DNA from: a virus
Reading direction: 5' to 3' (one strand)
Virus record (IMG/VR): IMGVR_UViG_3300003937_000247
Length of the DNA stretch: 64,000 nt
Shown: piece after piece, positions 1 through 8,892 of the stretch
Layout: every line of letters starts with the position of its first letter
Numbering within the stretch: position 1 is the stretch's first letter
Notes under the pieces: model-generated
What the model saw: the letters and a program-made list of their open reading frames with translations, nothing else
Database searches by the model: none
What the model was told of the DNA's origin: nothing
Made by a program: the position numbers and the translations under genes

Positions 1-1
1 T

Positions 2-961
2 GCAGACAAAGAACTAGTTGACGCAGATGTAGTTATATCTCAACCATTCTGGCCGTACTATTTAAATAGAAAAAGAATAGAGAGTGCGCCAAATTTAAAA
101 ATGGCAATTACAGCAGGCATTGGTTCAGACCACGTGGACTTACAAGCAGCGATGGATCATAAAGTTGATGTAGTTGAAGTAACTTATTGTAATTCACGGT
201 CAGTTGCTGAACATATTGTTATGATGATTTTATCTTTAGTAAGAGATTATCACAATCAACATAGAATAGTTAACGAAGGTGGTTGGCATATTGCTGACGC
301 AGTTAAACGATCTTATGATGTAGAAGGTATGCACATAGGAACAATTGCTGCTGGAAGAATTGGTTATGATATGTTAAGAAAAATGAAACCATTTGATGTA
401 CACTTACATTACTTTGATAAACATAGATTGCCAGAAGAAAAAGAAAAAGAATTAAATTTAACTTATCACGATTCAGTAGAATCTTTAGTTAAAAGGTGTG
501 ATGTAATTAATATAAGTTGTCCTTTACATCCAGAAACAGAACATATGTTTAATGATGAATTAATTAGTAAGTGTGTACCAGGTGCATACATAATTAATAC
601 AGCAAGAGGAAAAATTTGTGATAAGGATGCTATTGCAAGAGCATTAAAGTCAGGTCAATTAAGTGGGTACGCAGGTGATGTATGGTTTCCCCAACCAGCA
701 CCTAACGACCACATTTGGAGAACAATGCCTAACCACGGTATGACACCACACACTTCAGGTACTTCACTATCAGCACAAACAAGATATGCAGATGGTGTTA
801 GAGAAATACTTGAATGCTTTTTTGATGGTTCAGAAATTAGAAATCAATATCTAATTGTTAAAGATGGAGACCTTGCAGGTATGGGTGCTCACTCTTATAC
901 AAAAGGAACAGCAACAGGTGGTTCCGAAGAGGCAACAAAGTTTAAAAAAAGGAGAATATAA
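2..961 (+). CDS. fdh: NAD-dependent formate dehydrogenase (5'-truncated by window edge)
   Basis: Frame is open from base 2 (ADKELVDADVVISQPFWPYY...). FDH signatures: AGIGSDHVD, AAGRIG Rossmann motif with downstream Asp (YFDKH), NTARG, WFPQPAP, TPHTSGTSLSAQ. Confidence 0.93.
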   Translation, partial: ADKELVDADVVISQPFWPYYLNRKRIESAPNLKMAITAGIGSDHVDLQAAMDHKVDVVEVTYCNSRSVAEHIVMMILSLVRDYHNQHRIVNEGGWHIADAVKRSYDVEGMHIGTIAAGRIGYDMLRKMKPFDVHLHYFDKHRLPEEKEKELNLTYHDSVESLVKRCDVINISCPLHPETEHMFNDELISKCVPGAYIINTARGKICDKDAIARALKSGQLSGYAGDVWFPQPAPNDHIWRTMPNHGMTPHTSGTSLSAQTRYADGVREILECFFDGSEIRNQYLIVKDGDLAGMGAHSYTKGTATGGSEEATKFKKRRI

Positions 962-1152
962 TGGAAGCAATAATACAAAGAATAGGGAAATTTCATTCAA
1001 AGGTATTTGGAACACTTGCTAGAAAAGCAAAGACTTCAAAATTTTGGGCAATACTATTAACCCTTGCTGTACTATATGAGATTGTTGAACACATTGTTTG
1101 GCCGATATTAGTACCGTATCTGATCTATATGCAATGGTTTAATAATGGATAA
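961..1152 (+). CDS. small membrane protein
   Basis: 63 aa with hydrophobic C-terminal half, coupled to both neighbours. Confidence 0.6.
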   Translation: MEAIIQRIGKFHSKVFGTLARKAKTSKFWAILLTLAVLYEIVEHIVWPILVPYLIYMQWFNNG

Positions 1153-2230
1153 TCCTGCAAAAGAAGTAATAAAGAATTGGAAAGAGAATAAAGGATTTCC
1201 ATACTATCCTGAAGATAGAAAATGGCGTGATGATGAGTTTAATAAACTTACGTCATTTAATAGGGATACTTTATTAGATACACCCAATAAAATCATAGGT
1301 CAATCAACACACGGTTTATCACTTGCGTGGTCTTATATGCACCACGCTTGGGGAATTAAATGTGGTAAGATGAAAACACCTATGGAGATATGGGAAGACG
1401 AAGAACATTTAGAAAAAGGTATTAACAAGATACTTACAGGTACTTTCTTCACAAAACGAGAAGCACACAAAATTACAGAATCAGATATGAGAGCTATGTT
1501 GAGAAGATATAGTGGTACTCAAATGGTATCTAATTTTAGACCTACAGCAGCCGCAACCTTATATGATATATTTGTAGATAAAGATAGTCCACTAGAAGGT
1601 ACTGAAGCAGGTACAGTTTGGGATCCTAGTATGGGATATGGTGGTCGTTTAATAGGTGCAATTGCAGCTGGGGTTAATTATATAGGTACTGATCCGTGCG
1701 TACTTACTTTTAGTGGTTTAAAAAAGATAAAAGAACAATATGGACACGAGCACAAAATCTACACATTATTAAGACAAGGAAGTGAAACGTATATACCTGA
1801 TATGAATACTTTAGATTTTGTATTTACAAGTCCACCTTATTTAGGACACGAACAATATGGTGATGAACCAGAACAATCATATAATAAGTTTACAGCACAA
1901 GATGAATGGCGTAATGGGTTTCTATTACAGACTATTAAAAACGCATACACAGGTTTGAAGCCAGGTAAATATGCAGGCTTCAATGTTGCAAATGTAAAAT
2001 CATATAAGACCTTTGAAGAAGATACCTACGATTGTATGGTTGAGGCAGGATTTGAAGATATAAAGATATGGTGGTTATCACTATCAACTCAACAAGGTAC
2101 AAAGATACAATCTACACTTGAAGGCACAGAAACAGAAAAGAAACAATCTCAAAACTATGTAGGTCGATTCGCAAGACCTGACATTCCAGGCAGAAAATAC
2201 GAACCAATATTCATTGGAATTAAGAAATAA
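1145..2230 (+). CDS. DNA amino-methyltransferase (m4C/m6A, SPPY type)
   Basis: SAM-binding WDPSMGYGG followed by catalytic FTSPPY. Confidence 0.85.
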   Translation: MDNPAKEVIKNWKENKGFPYYPEDRKWRDDEFNKLTSFNRDTLLDTPNKIIGQSTHGLSLAWSYMHHAWGIKCGKMKTPMEIWEDEEHLEKGINKILTGTFFTKREAHKITESDMRAMLRRYSGTQMVSNFRPTAAATLYDIFVDKDSPLEGTEAGTVWDPSMGYGGRLIGAIAAGVNYIGTDPCVLTFSGLKKIKEQYGHEHKIYTLLRQGSETYIPDMNTLDFVFTSPPYLGHEQYGDEPEQSYNKFTAQDEWRNGFLLQTIKNAYTGLKPGKYAGFNVANVKSYKTFEEDTYDCMVEAGFEDIKIWWLSLSTQQGTKIQSTLEGTETEKKQSQNYVGRFARPDIPGRKYEPIFIGIKK

Positions 2231-2237
2231 ATCAAAT

Positions 2238-2252
2238 GTTCTCATTTTGTTC
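2238..2252 (+). promoter_or_regulatory. GTTC-N7-GTTC direct repeat, alphaproteobacterial LexA (SOS) box-like
   Basis: gttc-tcatttt-gttc, intergenic; the 18-mer atgttctcattttgttct recurs at 54356. Confidence 0.65.
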
Positions 2253-2318
2253 TATATAGCGCAATCTGACACACCCTAAAAACCCTTGTTTCCTGCGAAG
2301 GAATAATCCATTATTCGC

Positions 2319-2347
2319 TTGAATTTTATACCAATCTGTAGTAGCAT
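2319..2347 (+). promoter_or_regulatory. sigma70-type early promoter
   Basis: ttgaat-17bp-tagcat; -10 region paralogous to the promoter at 4580. Confidence 0.6.
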
Positions 2348-2357
2348 AGCAGTATAA

Positions 2358-4550
2358 ATGACAAAAGACACTATGAAAAATAAGTCGCAACTTGCAAAAT
2401 TACTTGCTACTGAAAATATTGAAGTACAAGAAAATGCTGTAAAGACTGCTTCCTTTGATGTCAAAAATAGAATTTTAACAGTTCCTATATTTAAAGAGGA
2501 ACACAAATCAAAACACGTATATGATATGTTAGTTGGACACGAAGTTGCCCACGCTTTACATACACCATCAGATTCTTGGGAATCTATGGGGAATAGAAAA
2601 CAAGAATTTAGATCATTTGTAAATGTTATTGAAGACGCTAGAATTGATAAACTTATACAGAAAAAATATCCTGGTCTTGTTAATGACTATCTAAAAGGTT
2701 TTGATAAAATGTACAAAGATAATTTCTTTGGTACTAATAAAAAAGATGTAATGACTTATGCGTTGATTGATAAAATCAACCTATACTATAAGTCTTCAAA
2801 AAGATTAAATTTCAATTTTACTAAAAAAGAAAATTACTTTGTTAAGGCTGTTGATGATTGTAAATCTTTTGATGATGTATTAAAACTTGCTGAAGATATA
2901 TTAGGTCATTGTAAAGAAGAATTAAAGAAAAATCCAGTAATTAAAAAAACATACGTACCTATTATTAAGAAAAAAGAAGGCGAAGATAAAAAAGATGATA
3001 ATTCATCTACTTCAATGCCAGGTAATGATGAAGATAAAAAAGATAATAATGAGAGTAAAGATAAATTACAAGAATGGTTAGATAAAAAAGATCAGGAAGA
3101 AAATCCTAGTCCTAAACCAAAAGATAATAATGATAATAAAGATGATAGTAAAGATGATAAAAACGGTGAAGTTGGAAATGATGGCGCTGGCGGCGAACCT
3201 GCTCCAGTATTAAGATCAGTAACCAATGAACAATATGATACCGCTATCAAAGGAATTACAGATGATAAAAGTAGAGATAGAAGTTATTGTGAATTACCAA
3301 AAGTTAATCTTAAAAAATTAATTGTTCCTTGGGATAAATTAATTAGAGATGTTATGGTTTATGATCATAAGAATCACAATACAGATTATGATAGAGAAAA
3401 TCTTAATAAGGCAAAAATTAAAACACAACAATTTATAAAAGAATCTTCAAACGTTGTAAACTATCTTGTTAAAGAATTTGAAATGAAAAAAAATGCCAAG
3501 TTATATGCTCGTCAATCACAGGATAAAACAGGTGTTATTGACCCATTAAAATTACATAGTTATAAATTTGCTGAAGATATATTTAAAAAGATTACTACTG
3601 TACCAAATCAAAAAAATCACGGTATGATTTTATTACTTGATTGGTCTGGTTCAATGCAAAAACATTTACTACCAACAGTTGAACAGTTATTAAATTTAAC
3701 TTTGTTCTGTAAAAAAATTAATATACCATTTTCAGTTTATGCGTTTATGAATAACCACGATAGTTATCATAGAAAAGATAGATATGAAAACTCTGGGTTT
3801 TCAGTTACACCTAAATCACTACTACCAGACGCTAGTACAAAATTAGTACACTTGTTTAGTCATAAACAATCTAAAGTTGACTATATGAGAGTTGCTCAAA
3901 TAATTCATAGGGCTGCTTTATATTTTAATAGTCATTACAATTGGAGAAGTCCAGAAACAGATAAAGTTCCTAGTATGCCTAGTGAGTATTATCTATCATC
4001 AACACCTCTTAATGAGTCGTTGATTGCAATGGATCATATTATTAAAAAATTTAAGAACGATTATAGAACAGATAAAGTTGCTTTAGTAACTCTTACTGAT
4101 GGTGCTTCAAACTCAATGCACAAACACAACCCTGGTGAGATATGGTTAAAACTTAATAACAAGTATATAAATGCTGATAGTTATTGGGGAGATAAAAATG
4201 ATTTAACAAGTGTTATGTTAAGATATTTAAAAAGAAAATACGATTTACAAACTATTGGGTTTTACCTAGTATCAAAATATAGAGAGTTAAGATATCAAAT
4301 TAGAGTGCCTTACGAAAAAGAAATATTGGCTAGAAAAATGTTTAGTAAAGATAAGTTTATTGCTGACTACAGTACTTCTTATGATGTTTACTTTTATGTT
4401 AATTCTGGCACTAGAGTTTCAAATAAAGTAATGGACGATTCAATAGATACAACTAATAAGAGAATATTAAAAAAGATGTTTATGTCAGGAATGAAAAAAA
4501 GAATCAATTCCAGAGTATTATTACAAAATTTTATTAAGAGGATCGCATAA
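2358..4550 (+). CDS. CobT-like VWA-domain protein with HExxH metallopeptidase-like N-terminus (partner of MoxR/CobS ATPase)
   Basis: GHEVAHALH; MIDAS LDWSGS...T...LTDG; acidic low-complexity linker; adjacent to AAA ATPase. Confidence 0.8.
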   Translation: MTKDTMKNKSQLAKLLATENIEVQENAVKTASFDVKNRILTVPIFKEEHKSKHVYDMLVGHEVAHALHTPSDSWESMGNRKQEFRSFVNVIEDARIDKLIQKKYPGLVNDYLKGFDKMYKDNFFGTNKKDVMTYALIDKINLYYKSSKRLNFNFTKKENYFVKAVDDCKSFDDVLKLAEDILGHCKEELKKNPVIKKTYVPIIKKKEGEDKKDDNSSTSMPGNDEDKKDNNESKDKLQEWLDKKDQEENPSPKPKDNNDNKDDSKDDKNGEVGNDGAGGEPAPVLRSVTNEQYDTAIKGITDDKSRDRSYCELPKVNLKKLIVPWDKLIRDVMVYDHKNHNTDYDRENLNKAKIKTQQFIKESSNVVNYLVKEFEMKKNAKLYARQSQDKTGVIDPLKLHSYKFAEDIFKKITTVPNQKNHGMILLLDWSGSMQKHLLPTVEQLLNLTLFCKKINIPFSVYAFMNNHDSYHRKDRYENSGFSVTPKSLLPDASTKLVHLFSHKQSKVDYMRVAQIIHRAALYFNSHYNWRSPETDKVPSMPSEYYLSSTPLNESLIAMDHIIKKFKNDYRTDKVALVTLTDGASNSMHKHNPGEIWLKLNNKYINADSYWGDKNDLTSVMLRYLKRKYDLQTIGFYLVSKYRELRYQIRVPYEKEILARKMFSKDKFIADYSTSYDVYFYVNSGTRVSNKVMDDSIDTTNKRILKKMFMSGMKKRINSRVLLQNFIKRIA

Positions 4551-4579
4551 AAATGAGGGTTTATAACGCTTTTTTGTGC

Positions 4580-4608
4580 TTGACTTCTAATGAAAACAAT
4601 GATAGCAT
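4580..4608 (+). promoter_or_regulatory. sigma70-type early promoter
   Basis: ttgact-17bp-tagcat preceded by aacgcttttttgtgc, as at 54418. Confidence 0.7.
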
Positions 4609-4640
4609 AGCTGTATAACTTAAATGAAAGGACTTATATA

Positions 4641-5843
4641 ATGATTGAGTTATCAAAAACACAAAAATCCGTACTTCAAGTATTGAAAGATACTTACAAA
4701 AAAGATACGGTGACTAGGGCACAAATAAATGCTCTTGTTAAAAAGAAGGTAATCAAAAATCCTTCTTGGTTAAAATCAGACAAGTTTAAAGTCGGTAGAG
4801 GAGTTTACACTCTTGTTATTGACAATACTGTTGATGATACAACCACAGTAGAACACGTTGATGTGAAACCTACTGATACAAAGGCTGCTTATATAGTTAG
4901 TTCGCTAACTGATAATGTAGTTCCTACTAAAGATAAAAACTTTGTAAATTTCGGAAACTTTTCAGATGTTAAAAATATAATAACTTCTAAAAAATTCTAT
5001 CCTGCATTTATCACAGGTCTTTCAGGTAACGGTAAAACTCTTGCTGTAACCCAGGCGTGTGCTGTTGCAAAAAGGGAGATGATTAGAGTTAACGTAACAA
5101 TTGAAACTGATGAGGATGATTTACTTGGCGGTTATAGATTAAGAAACGGTGAAACTGTTTGGCAAAACGGACCAGTTATTGAGGCGATGGAAAGAGGCGC
5201 TGTTCTTTTACTTGATGAGATAGACCTTGCAAGTAATAAGATAATGTGTTTACAACCTATCCTTGAAGGTTCAGGAATCTATGTTAAGAAAATTAACAAG
5301 TTTGTTAAACCTAAATTTGGTTTCAATGTGATTGCAACTGCTAATACTAAAGGACAAGGTAGTGATGACGGTAAGTTTATCGGTACTAATGTTTTGAACG
5401 AGGCATTCCTTGAAAGATTTCCAGTTACATTTGAACAACAATATCCTTCTGCTAAAACAGAAGAAAAAATTGTTTCTAATTCTTTGCAAACTGCAGGAAA
5501 AAGAGATCAAAAATTTGCTCACAATTTAGTTACTTGGGCTGACGTTATAAGAAAAACTTATAATGATGGCGGTGTTGATGAGATTATATCAACAAGAAGA
5601 TTAGTACACATTGCTGAGGCATATGGAATCTTTAAAAATAAAATGAAGGCAATCGCTGTCTGTACAAATAGATTTGATGATGATACTAAAACATCATTTG
5701 TTGACCTGTACACTAAAGTTGATAGTGGTGCTTCAGTAGAACAGATTCTTGCTGATAAGAAAAAGGCTGAAGAAGCTGAAATATTATCAGAAAAAGAATC
5801 CGATGATAGTGAGGATGATAGTGAAGAAGACTTTACTGTCTAA
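4641..5843 (+). CDS. cobS: CobS-like MoxR-family AAA+ ATPase
   Basis: Walker A GLSGNGKT, Walker B LLLDEID, ATANTKG, NEAFLERF, STRRL; typical of marine T4-like phages. Confidence 0.88.
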   Translation: MIELSKTQKSVLQVLKDTYKKDTVTRAQINALVKKKVIKNPSWLKSDKFKVGRGVYTLVIDNTVDDTTTVEHVDVKPTDTKAAYIVSSLTDNVVPTKDKNFVNFGNFSDVKNIITSKKFYPAFITGLSGNGKTLAVTQACAVAKREMIRVNVTIETDEDDLLGGYRLRNGETVWQNGPVIEAMERGAVLLLDEIDLASNKIMCLQPILEGSGIYVKKINKFVKPKFGFNVIATANTKGQGSDDGKFIGTNVLNEAFLERFPVTFEQQYPSAKTEEKIVSNSLQTAGKRDQKFAHNLVTWADVIRKTYNDGGVDEIISTRRLVHIAEAYGIFKNKMKAIAVCTNRFDDDTKTSFVDLYTKVDSGASVEQILADKKKAEEAEILSEKESDDSEDDSEEDFTV

Positions 5844-5865
5844 ATCTATCCATAGTGTAAGTCCG

Positions 5866-5894
5866 CTTGTGGCCAGAAATGGCCACAAGTTTTC
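5866..5894 (+). terminator. rho-independent terminator
   Basis: cttgtggcca-gaaa-tggccacaag followed by tttt. Confidence 0.8.
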
Positions 5895-5909
5895 TTACAA
5901 GGAGGGACA

Positions 5910-6044
5910 ATGAAAAAAGAAAATAAAAGAAATAAATTAGAAAGATTTTTAGATAGACATAACCATACAATGGAATTAATTAGAACAATACTTCCAATTG
6001 TATTGTTAATTATGCAAACAATAATTATGATAAAGATATTTTAA
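5910..6044 (+). CDS. small membrane protein (not in ORF track)
   Basis: aggagg RBS; MKKENKRNKLERFLDRHNHTMELIRTILPIVLLIMQTIIMIKIF. Confidence 0.55.
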   Translation: MKKENKRNKLERFLDRHNHTMELIRTILPIVLLIMQTIIMIKIF

Positions 6045-6045
6045 T

Positions 6046-6312
6046 ATGAAGAAAGAAACCGTAGAAGAATTTGTAGCAAGAGGTGGTAAGATTCAAAAAT
6101 TAAGACCTGGATCTGCTGCTAAATTAGGCAGTTTAGATAAGTCTAAAAAACCACAATGGGATGCTGACGAAATTAAAAAAGGAAAAACAGGTACAGCACC
6201 TATACCTGATTATTCAAATACTAAACCTAATACATACCACGATTATGATTTAGGTGGAGATAAGATACCAGTTTATGAACCAACAAAGAAAAACGGAGGT
6301 GAAAGTAAGTGA
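6046..6312 (+). CDS. hypothetical protein
   Basis: ORF with EEFVARGGKIQKL motif, coupled to rpsU. Confidence 0.6.
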   Translation: MKKETVEEFVARGGKIQKLRPGSAAKLGSLDKSKKPQWDADEIKKGKTGTAPIPDYSNTKPNTYHDYDLGGDKIPVYEPTKKNGGESK

Positions 6313-6551
6313 GTATTACAGTTGAAGTAAGAGGTGGTAACCTTGAAAAAGCTATGCGTGTATTGAAGAAGAAGATTCAAAAATCAGGCTTAATGGCTGA
6401 GGTAAGAGATAGAAGATATTACAAGAAACCATCTGAAATTAAACGTGAAAAAGCCAAAGAACGATCTAAACTTTTAAGAAAAGCACAAAAACTTAATGAT
6501 GAAACTTTAGGTTATAAGTGGGTTAAAGGGAAAAAAGTAAGAAAAATTTAA
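6309..6551 (+). CDS. rpsU: ribosomal protein bS21
   Basis: GTG start after ggagg; ITVEVRGGNLEKAMRVLKKK...RRYYKKPSEIKR matches the S21 pattern. Confidence 0.92.
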   Translation: MSITVEVRGGNLEKAMRVLKKKIQKSGLMAEVRDRRYYKKPSEIKREKAKERSKLLRKAQKLNDETLGYKWVKGKKVRKI

Positions 6552-6615
6552 GGAATTCTATGCCGTCTGTGTTGAATATTATATATATTATTACTATAAG
6601 GCCATTCGTAAGACC

Positions 6616-6766
6616 TTGTAGGGGTATAGATAGGTTGGGCAGTACCTGTAAGGTTAAAAGACTTACGAAACTGCCCACGTGGTCCATTGGTCTTCATAGA
6701 CTTTCGGGTATAGGCTTAGTAAGATAAGTTAGGGTAAAGATGGCTGTTGACCTACCACTACCACAA
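6616..6766 (+). ncRNA. candidate structured non-coding RNA
   Basis: GC-enriched intergenic tract with nested stems tgggcagt/actgccca, gtaag/cttac, gtct/agac, ggctta/taagtt, and closing stems taggtt/gaccta or gtaggggta/taccactac. Confidence 0.5.
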
Positions 6767-6774
6767 TATAAGGG

Positions 6775-6802
6775 CTTGTAATTTTATAAATAGTTCTTAT
6801 AT
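6775..6802 (+). promoter_or_regulatory. T4 late promoter TATAAATA (6785-6792) nested in a possible RpoH-type promoter
   Basis: cttgta-N15-cttatat upstream of hsp20, with tataaata in the spacer. Confidence 0.5.
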
Positions 6803-6867
6803 AATATAAGAGAACGCCTTAAAGGGTTCTCACAGAAGATAACTTTGCTTAACAAAAGGAGGTTAAT

Positions 6868-7338
6868 ATGACCAATTCAAAAGCACTATCTATTTTCAAT
6901 CAATTAAGACCAGTAACCGTAGGGTTTGATAACGTCTTTGATCATTTTGAAAGAATGTTTAATGACGATGGCAACTTATTTAATGTTGCAAATCTACCTA
7001 CATTTCCACATTACAATATAGTAAAACTAGGAAAGAATAAGTACGATATAGAAATCGCACTTGCTGGTTATAATAAAAAAGATATAACAGTAAACCTTGA
7101 AGAAGGTGTACTATCAATCAAATCTAAAAAAGAAGAAAAGATTGATAACGAAGATAAGGTAAAATCTGATGGCGAAATCTTGCATAAAGGTATAGCTAAA
7201 AGATACTTCTCTAAATCTTTCACAATCGCTGATGACGTAAAAGTTAAAGGCGCTGAATTGAAAGACGGTCTTTTAAAAGTGTCTTTGGAAAGATTAGTTC
7301 CAGAACACAAAAAACCAAAAACAATAGATATTAAATAA
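6868..7338 (+). CDS. hsp20: small heat-shock protein Hsp20 (IbpA-like)
   Basis: FPHYNI, EIALAG, LHKGIAKRYF, AELKDGLL alpha-crystallin motifs; aggagg RBS. Confidence 0.95.
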   Translation: MTNSKALSIFNQLRPVTVGFDNVFDHFERMFNDDGNLFNVANLPTFPHYNIVKLGKNKYDIEIALAGYNKKDITVNLEEGVLSIKSKKEEKIDNEDKVKSDGEILHKGIAKRYFSKSFTIADDVKVKGAELKDGLLKVSLERLVPEHKKPKTIDIK

Positions 7339-7351
7339 CAATATCATAGAT

Positions 7352-7391
7352 AGGGCGGCCTATTGACAGGTCGCCCTTTTTAGTATATAAT
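7352..7391 (+). terminator. terminator hairpin overlapping a consensus sigma70 promoter
   Basis: agggcggcct...aggtcgccct plus T tract; ttgaca(7363)-17bp-tataat(7386). Confidence 0.8.
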
Positions 7392-7420
7392 GATTCATAT
7401 AAATTGAAGGAGAAAATATT

Positions 7421-7942
7421 ATGAACAAAGGTGATAAAATACCACACGTACACTTTAGAGTAAGAGAGTTAGGTGATTGGGCATTTACTAATTCTGATAC
7501 TTATTTTAAAGATAAAAGAGTTATACTATTCTCATTACCAGGAGCATTTACTCCAACGTGTTCAAATCAACAACTACCAGGATACGAGAAATTACATAGC
7601 GTATTTAAAGAACATAACATAGATGAAATTTATTGTATGTCAGTAAATGATTCGTTTGTTATGAATGCCTGGGCACAAAATCAAAAATTACAAAACGTAA
7701 AACTTATACCAGATGGCAATGGTGACTTTACTGACCAAATGGATATGCTTGTAGAGAAAATCCAAATTGGATTCGGTATGAGGTCTTGGAGATATGCAAT
7801 GATTGTAAACAATTCTGTTATTGAAGCAATGTTTGTAGAACCAGGTAAGGGTGATAACGTACAAGGCGACCCATATGGTGAGTCTTCTCCAGAAAACGTA
7901 CTAAAATATTTACAGACAAAGGTTGACAAATCTACAAATTAA
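7421..7942 (+). CDS. peroxiredoxin (Prx5/redoxin family)
   Basis: LPGAFTPTCS, SVNDSFVM, RSWRYAM. Confidence 0.93.
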   Translation: MNKGDKIPHVHFRVRELGDWAFTNSDTYFKDKRVILFSLPGAFTPTCSNQQLPGYEKLHSVFKEHNIDEIYCMSVNDSFVMNAWAQNQKLQNVKLIPDGNGDFTDQMDMLVEKIQIGFGMRSWRYAMIVNNSVIEAMFVEPGKGDNVQGDPYGESSPENVLKYLQTKVDKSTN

Positions 7943-7957
7943 TGTTACAATTATATT

Positions 7958-8221
7958 ATGAAATACAATGAAGACAAAATCTTAAAAGAGATTGGTGACT
8001 ATATTAAGTCAACTTACGGCCAACATTATTCAGAAGATAAGAGAGGCTTTCAAGTTTTAGATTTATTAAGAACACTCAACATTGGAAAAGATTTTTGCCA
8101 CGCCAACGCAATTAAATATTTGTGTAGGTATGGGAAGAAAAACGGACATAATCGTGCTGACTTATTGAAGGCAGTACACTATGTTATACTATTATTAAAT
8201 TATGATAAGGAGATGAAATGA
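7958..8221 (+). CDS. DUF3310-like phage protein
   Basis: HY...F...NAIKYLCRYGKKNG...DLLKAVHY; promoter ttgaca(7923)-17-tacaat upstream. Confidence 0.75.
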   Translation: MKYNEDKILKEIGDYIKSTYGQHYSEDKRGFQVLDLLRTLNIGKDFCHANAIKYLCRYGKKNGHNRADLLKAVHYVILLLNYDKEMK

Positions 8222-8883
8222 AAATAAGTGATAATACAATAGGCATTTTGAGAAATTTCTCGGACATAAATGCCAACATACTATTTAAACCTGGGAAAAC
8301 ATTAACTACTGTTTCAACTATGAAAAACATTATGGCTGAGGCCATTGTTGATAATGATTTTGAGCAAGAGTTTGGTGTATATGATTTACCAGAGTTTTTA
8401 AGAGCATTAGATTCTTTTGCACAACCTGTGCTGAATTTTAATGGAACTACAAATCTAAAAATAGAGGATGAGAAATCTAGTCTATCAGCTAGATATGCGT
8501 TTGCTGATAAATCTACATTGAGATATCCTTCCAAATCAATAACAATGCCAGACAAAACAGTTTCGTTTACATTAAAGAACGAGGACTTTGAAAAGGTTAA
8601 AAAATTATATACTAATTTAAGTTTACCTGATGTTGCATTTAAAGGTGAGAATGGTAAGATTAAACTAGTTGCTTTAGATAAAAAGAATAGTAACTCAAAC
8701 GAATCATCTATTGAAGTGGGTAATACCAACATAGAGTTTACTGCATATATTAAGGCTGAGAATATGAAAATTGTTCCTGGCGATTATGATGTGGCTTTAT
8801 CAAAGGCAAAGATTGCTCATTTTATCAATAAGAAAGTTAAAGTACAATACTGGATAGCATTAGAAGCTGACTCAACATTTTAA
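8218..8883 (+). CDS. gp45: sliding clamp
   Basis: T4 gp45-like (ILRNFSDIN, FGVYDLPEFL, YWIALE); synteny with gp44/gp62. Confidence 0.93.
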   Translation: MKISDNTIGILRNFSDINANILFKPGKTLTTVSTMKNIMAEAIVDNDFEQEFGVYDLPEFLRALDSFAQPVLNFNGTTNLKIEDEKSSLSARYAFADKSTLRYPSKSITMPDKTVSFTLKNEDFEKVKKLYTNLSLPDVAFKGENGKIKLVALDKKNSNSNESSIEVGNTNIEFTAYIKAENMKIVPGDYDVALSKAKIAHFINKKVKVQYWIALEADSTF

Positions 8884-8892
8884 GGTGGTTAT

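Noticed and set aside
2358-5843. Cobalamin biosynthesis (CobST) as an auxiliary pathway
   Set aside because: No cobN or other cob genes; the MoxR AAA and VWA pair is more plausibly a chaperone module
6616-6766. tmRNA or tRNA identity for the rpsU-hsp20 element
   Set aside because: No TTCRA T-loop or tag reading frame evident; kept only as an unclassified ncRNA candidate
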